In this document: positions 60,414 through 64,000 of the stretch, in pieces
Numbering within the stretch: the stretch's first letter is position 1
Layout: every line of letters starts with the position of its first letter
Assembly: GCA_019058315.1 (NCBI GenBank)
Contig: JAHPZH010000002.1
Location: 480,001-544,000 of the forward strand
DNA: 64,000 nt
Direction: 5' to 3'
From: Candidatus Helarchaeota archaeon
Lineage (GTDB): Archaea > Asgardarchaeota > Lokiarchaeia > Helarchaeales > RDOG01
Position numbers and translations under genes: made by a program
The notes under the pieces: model-generated
The model's database searches: none
Told to the model about the DNA's origin: nothing
The model's input: the letters and a program-made list of their open reading frames with translations, nothing else

Positions 60414-61226
60414 TTATAATTTGTAATGCTTTTGAACATTTTCTTTAAATCTTTTTGCTGTTGAACTACAAGCATTTGGGAATGATTCTTTAGAATTTAA
60501 CCAAGCATAAATTATCTCCCTTCCATTAGCTGGGAGAGGAATAATATTCTTATATGCATTAAATAGTTTTAAAACCGGATAATTGCCTCTTTGTGCTCCA
60601 AAACCTGGTAAAAGAATAAAATATTTTTTGTTTTTTGGAAATTTCTCTAAAATATCTTTCATTATTTTATTTTTTACTGTGGCACCAATGACGAATCCAT
60701 CAATTCCCCAACTAATACCATCTTCAATAATTTTTTGATATAATTTCCTCCCATCAAATAATTCAATATTAAAATAATCGTCTGCTCCCTTATGAGACAT
60801 AAAAGCTAGGGAAATTACAGTCATTTTATATTTTTTAGCATCATCTAAAATATTTTTAACTCCTTCTTCATATCCTATTATTTGATGGATTGTTATGCCT
60901 TCGAAACCCATTTTATTAAGGTTATATAGTGCATGTTTATTAGATGACCCTATATCTCCAAGTTTATAGTCAACCCAAGGAATACAATCTTTTTCTTTTA
61001 TATATCTTACTAGTTTTTTTATTGTTTCTTCAGCAAAATCAGCTATAAATTGATAATTAATTTTAATTATAGAAAAATATTCAGAAGTAGCATCAATTAC
61101 TTTTTTCGTAAAAGATTCTCGGCTTTCTCCCGAAGGAAAAGGAAATTCATTTGGAAGAAATTCTCCTCGGCGGATATCTAAATTAAGAACTAAATTAGTT
61201 CCTTTTTTCATAATAGTTTTGTACAT
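60414..61226 (-). CDS. pyrF: Orotidine 5'-phosphate decarboxylase
   Basis: DYKLGDIGSS (DxKxxD) motif, VIGAT, PGFGAQ. Confidence 0.88.
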   Translation of the reverse strand: MYKTIMKKGTNLVLNLDIRRGEFLPNEFPFPSGESRESFTKKVIDATSEYFSIIKINYQFIADFAEETIKKLVRYIKEKDCIPWVDYKLGDIGSSNKHALYNLNKMGFEGITIHQIIGYEEGVKNILDDAKKYKMTVISLAFMSHKGADDYFNIELFDGRKLYQKIIEDGISWGIDGFVIGATVKNKIMKDILEKFPKNKKYFILLPGFGAQRGNYPVLKLFNAYKNIIPLPANGREIIYAWLNSKESFPNACSSTAKRFKENVQKHYKL

Positions 61227-61435
61227 TATAAAGAAAATGTTTGCTATTGTATTTATTGTTTTTCATTTATTGAGAGGTAATTTTTAATTAAATAAGACTT
61301 TATATCAAATTATTTGTTCATTTAATTGCTGAAATTTCTTCATACTATTGAAAAGTTAAATTTTTAAGATAGATTTTTATTTTTTTGAGTTAAATATGTT
61401 GTTTATTATAATAAGAAAATTTAGGCGAAATTAAA

Positions 61436-62518
61436 ATGGCGAAAGAAATTCGAGTTGCCATAAGTGGTCTTGGTAATTGTGCAGCTAGTTTAATTCAAGG
61501 TGTTTATTATTATCAGAATGCACCCGAAGATAAAGAGATTCCCGGATTAATGCATGTAAATTTTGGTGGATATCATGTAAACAGTATTAAATTTGTTGCA
61601 GCATTTGAAGTAAATAAATTGAAAATTGGACAAGATTTGAGTGAAGCAATAAATGCAGACCCTAATTGTACTGCTAGATTTTTTGAAGTTCCTAAACAAG
61701 GAGTTACAGTTTTACCAGGACCCATTAGTGATGGTGTAGCATCCCATATGATCGAACCTTTTCATTGCTATGATCCTAAAGAAACCGAACCTGTTGATCT
61801 TGTGGAAGCACTTCATGCTGCAAAGGCTGATATGTTAGTAAATTATTTACCAGTAGGTAGTCATGAGGGGGCAAAAACATATGCCCAGGCAGCATTAGAT
61901 GCAGGAATTGCTTATGTAAATTGTATTCCAGAATTTATCGCATCAGATGCGACTTGGAGTAAGAAATTTGAAGATGCTGGAATACCTGTAGCTGGTGATG
62001 ATATTAAATCTCAAGTGGGGGCTACCATAGTTCATAGAACTTTAGCTGACCTACTTGTAAAGCGTGGTGTTAAATTAGAAGAGACTTATCAACTGAACAT
62101 TGGCGGCAATACTGATTTTTTAAACATGACCGAAGAAGCTAGGCTTATATCAAAACGTATAAGTAAAACTAAAGCAGTTACTAGTCTAGTTCCTTATGAA
62201 GTTCCAGTGAGAATTGGCCCTTCGGATTATGTTGAATTTCTTGGAGATAAAAAAATATGTTATATTCATATGAAGGGAAGAAAATTTGGAGACCAACCTA
62301 TAACTCTAAATGTAAAATTATCAGTTGAGGATTCGCCTAACTCTGCTGGTGTTGTTATTGATGCCGTTAGAGCCGTAAAACTGGCGCTTGACAGAAAAAT
62401 TGGAGGAGCTTTATTGGGAATTTCATCATATTCATTTAAACATCCCCCAATTCAAGTTCCGGATAGTGAAGCTTATCTCTGGGTCGAGGATTTCATCCAA
62501 GGTAAGCGAGAAAGATAA
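61436..62518 (+). CDS. ino1: myo-Inositol-1-phosphate synthase
   Basis: GNCAASLIQG, YLPVGS, GDDIKSQVGAT, QLNIGGNTDF, DSPNSAG. Confidence 0.96.
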   Translation: MAKEIRVAISGLGNCAASLIQGVYYYQNAPEDKEIPGLMHVNFGGYHVNSIKFVAAFEVNKLKIGQDLSEAINADPNCTARFFEVPKQGVTVLPGPISDGVASHMIEPFHCYDPKETEPVDLVEALHAAKADMLVNYLPVGSHEGAKTYAQAALDAGIAYVNCIPEFIASDATWSKKFEDAGIPVAGDDIKSQVGATIVHRTLADLLVKRGVKLEETYQLNIGGNTDFLNMTEEARLISKRISKTKAVTSLVPYEVPVRIGPSDYVEFLGDKKICYIHMKGRKFGDQPITLNVKLSVEDSPNSAGVVIDAVRAVKLALDRKIGGALLGISSYSFKHPPIQVPDSEAYLWVEDFIQGKRER

Positions 62519-62544
62519 TTACTAATGAAAATCATTAAAATAAA

Positions 62545-63255
62545 ATGATACAAATAGCTGCTTGTGCTGATATTCATTCTCCAAAATATATAGAAGAATT
62601 CGAAAATTCTCTTAAAAAAATCAAAATACAAATTGATCTCTTTTTATTTGCAGGGGATTTAATTCTAAAGGGAAAATATGAAGAAATATATAAATTAATA
62701 GGCATTTTAGATAAATATGAAATAACAAATATCTATTCTGTCTTTGGTAATGAAGAATATGATACGCTTTATGACAAGATCCTTGAATTAGCTGCTGATA
62801 AAATTACTTTTTTAAAAGATCAAACAAAATTATTAAAGATAAAAAATAAAAGTGTCGGTATTGTCGGAACAAAGGGGTCATTAGATCGACCTACGTTTTG
62901 GCAAGCAAAGAATATCCCTGATATTTCTAAAACTTACACTGATAGAATTTTTAAAATAGAAGAGCTTTTAAAAAATTTAAAGACTGATTTTAAAATATTT
63001 CTCTCACATTATGCTCCTACTTTCTTGACTTTAAGTGGTGAGAAAAAATCTGCATTTCCTTCTATTGGATCTAAACGATTTGAACCTATTTTAAAAAAAT
63101 ATCCCCCTGATATTGTTATTCATGGTCATTCTCATATTGGAAGGAAATTTGCTTATTTGGGTTCGATTCCTATTTATAATGTAGCATTTCCACTTAGAAG
63201 AGCAGTAACTATGATTAAATTACCCACAAGAGGTTCGTTATTAAGCTATTTTTAG
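62545..63255 (+). CDS. Calcineurin-like metallophosphoesterase
   Basis: DIH, AGDL, GNEE, HY.P, HGHSH. Confidence 0.88.
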   Translation: MIQIAACADIHSPKYIEEFENSLKKIKIQIDLFLFAGDLILKGKYEEIYKLIGILDKYEITNIYSVFGNEEYDTLYDKILELAADKITFLKDQTKLLKIKNKSVGIVGTKGSLDRPTFWQAKNIPDISKTYTDRIFKIEELLKNLKTDFKIFLSHYAPTFLTLSGEKKSAFPSIGSKRFEPILKKYPPDIVIHGHSHIGRKFAYLGSIPIYNVAFPLRRAVTMIKLPTRGSLLSYF

Positions 63256-64000
63256 TTAATTTTGTAACGTTCTTCTTTCAATTAATTTTTGTCCCACGTG
63301 TCTAAACAAATTTGTTACATTATCCCCTGTTTTTGCGGAAGTTTCAAAATATTCAAAACCTAATTCATCAGCCTTTTGTTTTCCTTCTTCTGGAGAAATA
63401 TTTCTTTCGGTTTGTAAATCTTTTTTATTTCCAACTAGTAAAAATACACCATTTTTATTCCCATATTGATGTATCTCATCTAACCAGTAGTCAACTTTTC
63501 GAAATGAATCTCTATCCGAAAGATCGAATAAAATTAAGAAGGATTGAGTATTTGGATAATAAACCTTACGAAGGCTTTTAAAAGAATTTTGTCCTGAAAC
63601 ATCCCAAGCAGTAAATGAAAAGTTAGTATGAGAATTATATTCAAAAGTATATCTTTTTATGTCGACACCTAAAGTAGGTTTATAATTCGATTCAAATCTA
63701 TCTTCAACAAATCTATTTAATAAGGAGGTCTTTCCTACTCCTGAACTTCCAACAATTACAGTTTTATAAAGAAATTTCTTTCTAGGTTTTATTTTTTCTT
63801 TTATCTCTTTTTTTGATAGTTCAGGTGTTTGATATTTTATCCAGTCTTCGTATTTGAACTCCATATCTAATATACCTGAAAATGGTTGAAATCTATCGAT
63901 ATCTAAATCCCAGTTTTCAAGATTTCCAAAAATTTTAAGAAATTTATTACCAACTGCACTCATATATTCTCTCATTTGACTAATTTCATCCGATCGTTCA
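63256..64000 (-). CDS. Rab-like small GTPase with N-terminal extension (5' end probably outside the window)
   Basis: GSSGVGKT, PTLGVD, WDVSGQ, GNKKD, ETSAK; frame stays open to the window edge. Confidence 0.9.
   Translation of the reverse strand, partial: ERSDEISQMREYMSAVGNKFLKIFGNLENWDLDIDRFQPFSGILDMEFKYEDWIKYQTPELSKKEIKEKIKPRKKFLYKTVIVGSSGVGKTSLLNRFVEDRFESNYKPTLGVDIKRYTFEYNSHTNFSFTAWDVSGQNSFKSLRKVYYPNTQSFLILFDLSDRDSFRKVDYWLDEIHQYGNKNGVFLLVGNKKDLQTERNISPEEGKQKADELGFEYFETSAKTGDNVTNLFRHVGQKLIERRTLQN

Noticed and set aside
404-63581. Numerous 60-130 aa ORFs antisense to or overlapping well-supported genes
   Set aside because: Shadow ORFs with no recognisable motifs.

Overview
AT-rich archaeal chromosomal segment, most likely from an Asgard archaeon (Lokiarchaeia/Helarchaeales-like). 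The assignment rests on eL22- and eL41-like ribosomal proteins, a Rab-like GTPase, roadblock and longin-like proteins, a Vps22-like winged-helix fusion and an IFT52/GIFT-like protein, alongside TFB, FEN1, aIF5A, ABCE1 and Nob1. Metabolic content: a complete trp operon (trpD-C-F-B-A-E-G), LysW-carrier arginine/lysine genes (argG, lysY/argC, lysJ/argD, argH-lysW-lysX-lysZ), pyrF, ino1, iolB, uxaB, two F420-type LLM oxidoreductases, and FadH-like and SDR enzymes. The most notable signals are RNA-level and missed by the ORF track. (1) A 33-nt, stop-containing, in-frame insertion in an HTH-CBS regulator gene folds into a canonical bulge-helix-bulge (BHB); excising it at the canonical positions restores the conserved protein, so it is a candidate mRNA intron for the tRNA splicing endonuclease. 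(2) A ~320-nt stand-alone non-coding transcript downstream of tfb has ends that form a second canonical BHB, predicting a 288-nt excised (circular) structured RNA of unknown family. (3) A box C/D sRNA is predicted to guide Cm34 of a CAU-anticodon tRNA. (4) The trp operon leader carries Trp-containing uORFs and alternative hairpins, resembling an attenuator. Four small unlisted ORFs were also found (LysW, eL41, two Cys-rich mini-proteins). All calls come from reading the sequence by eye; no database search or folding software was run.
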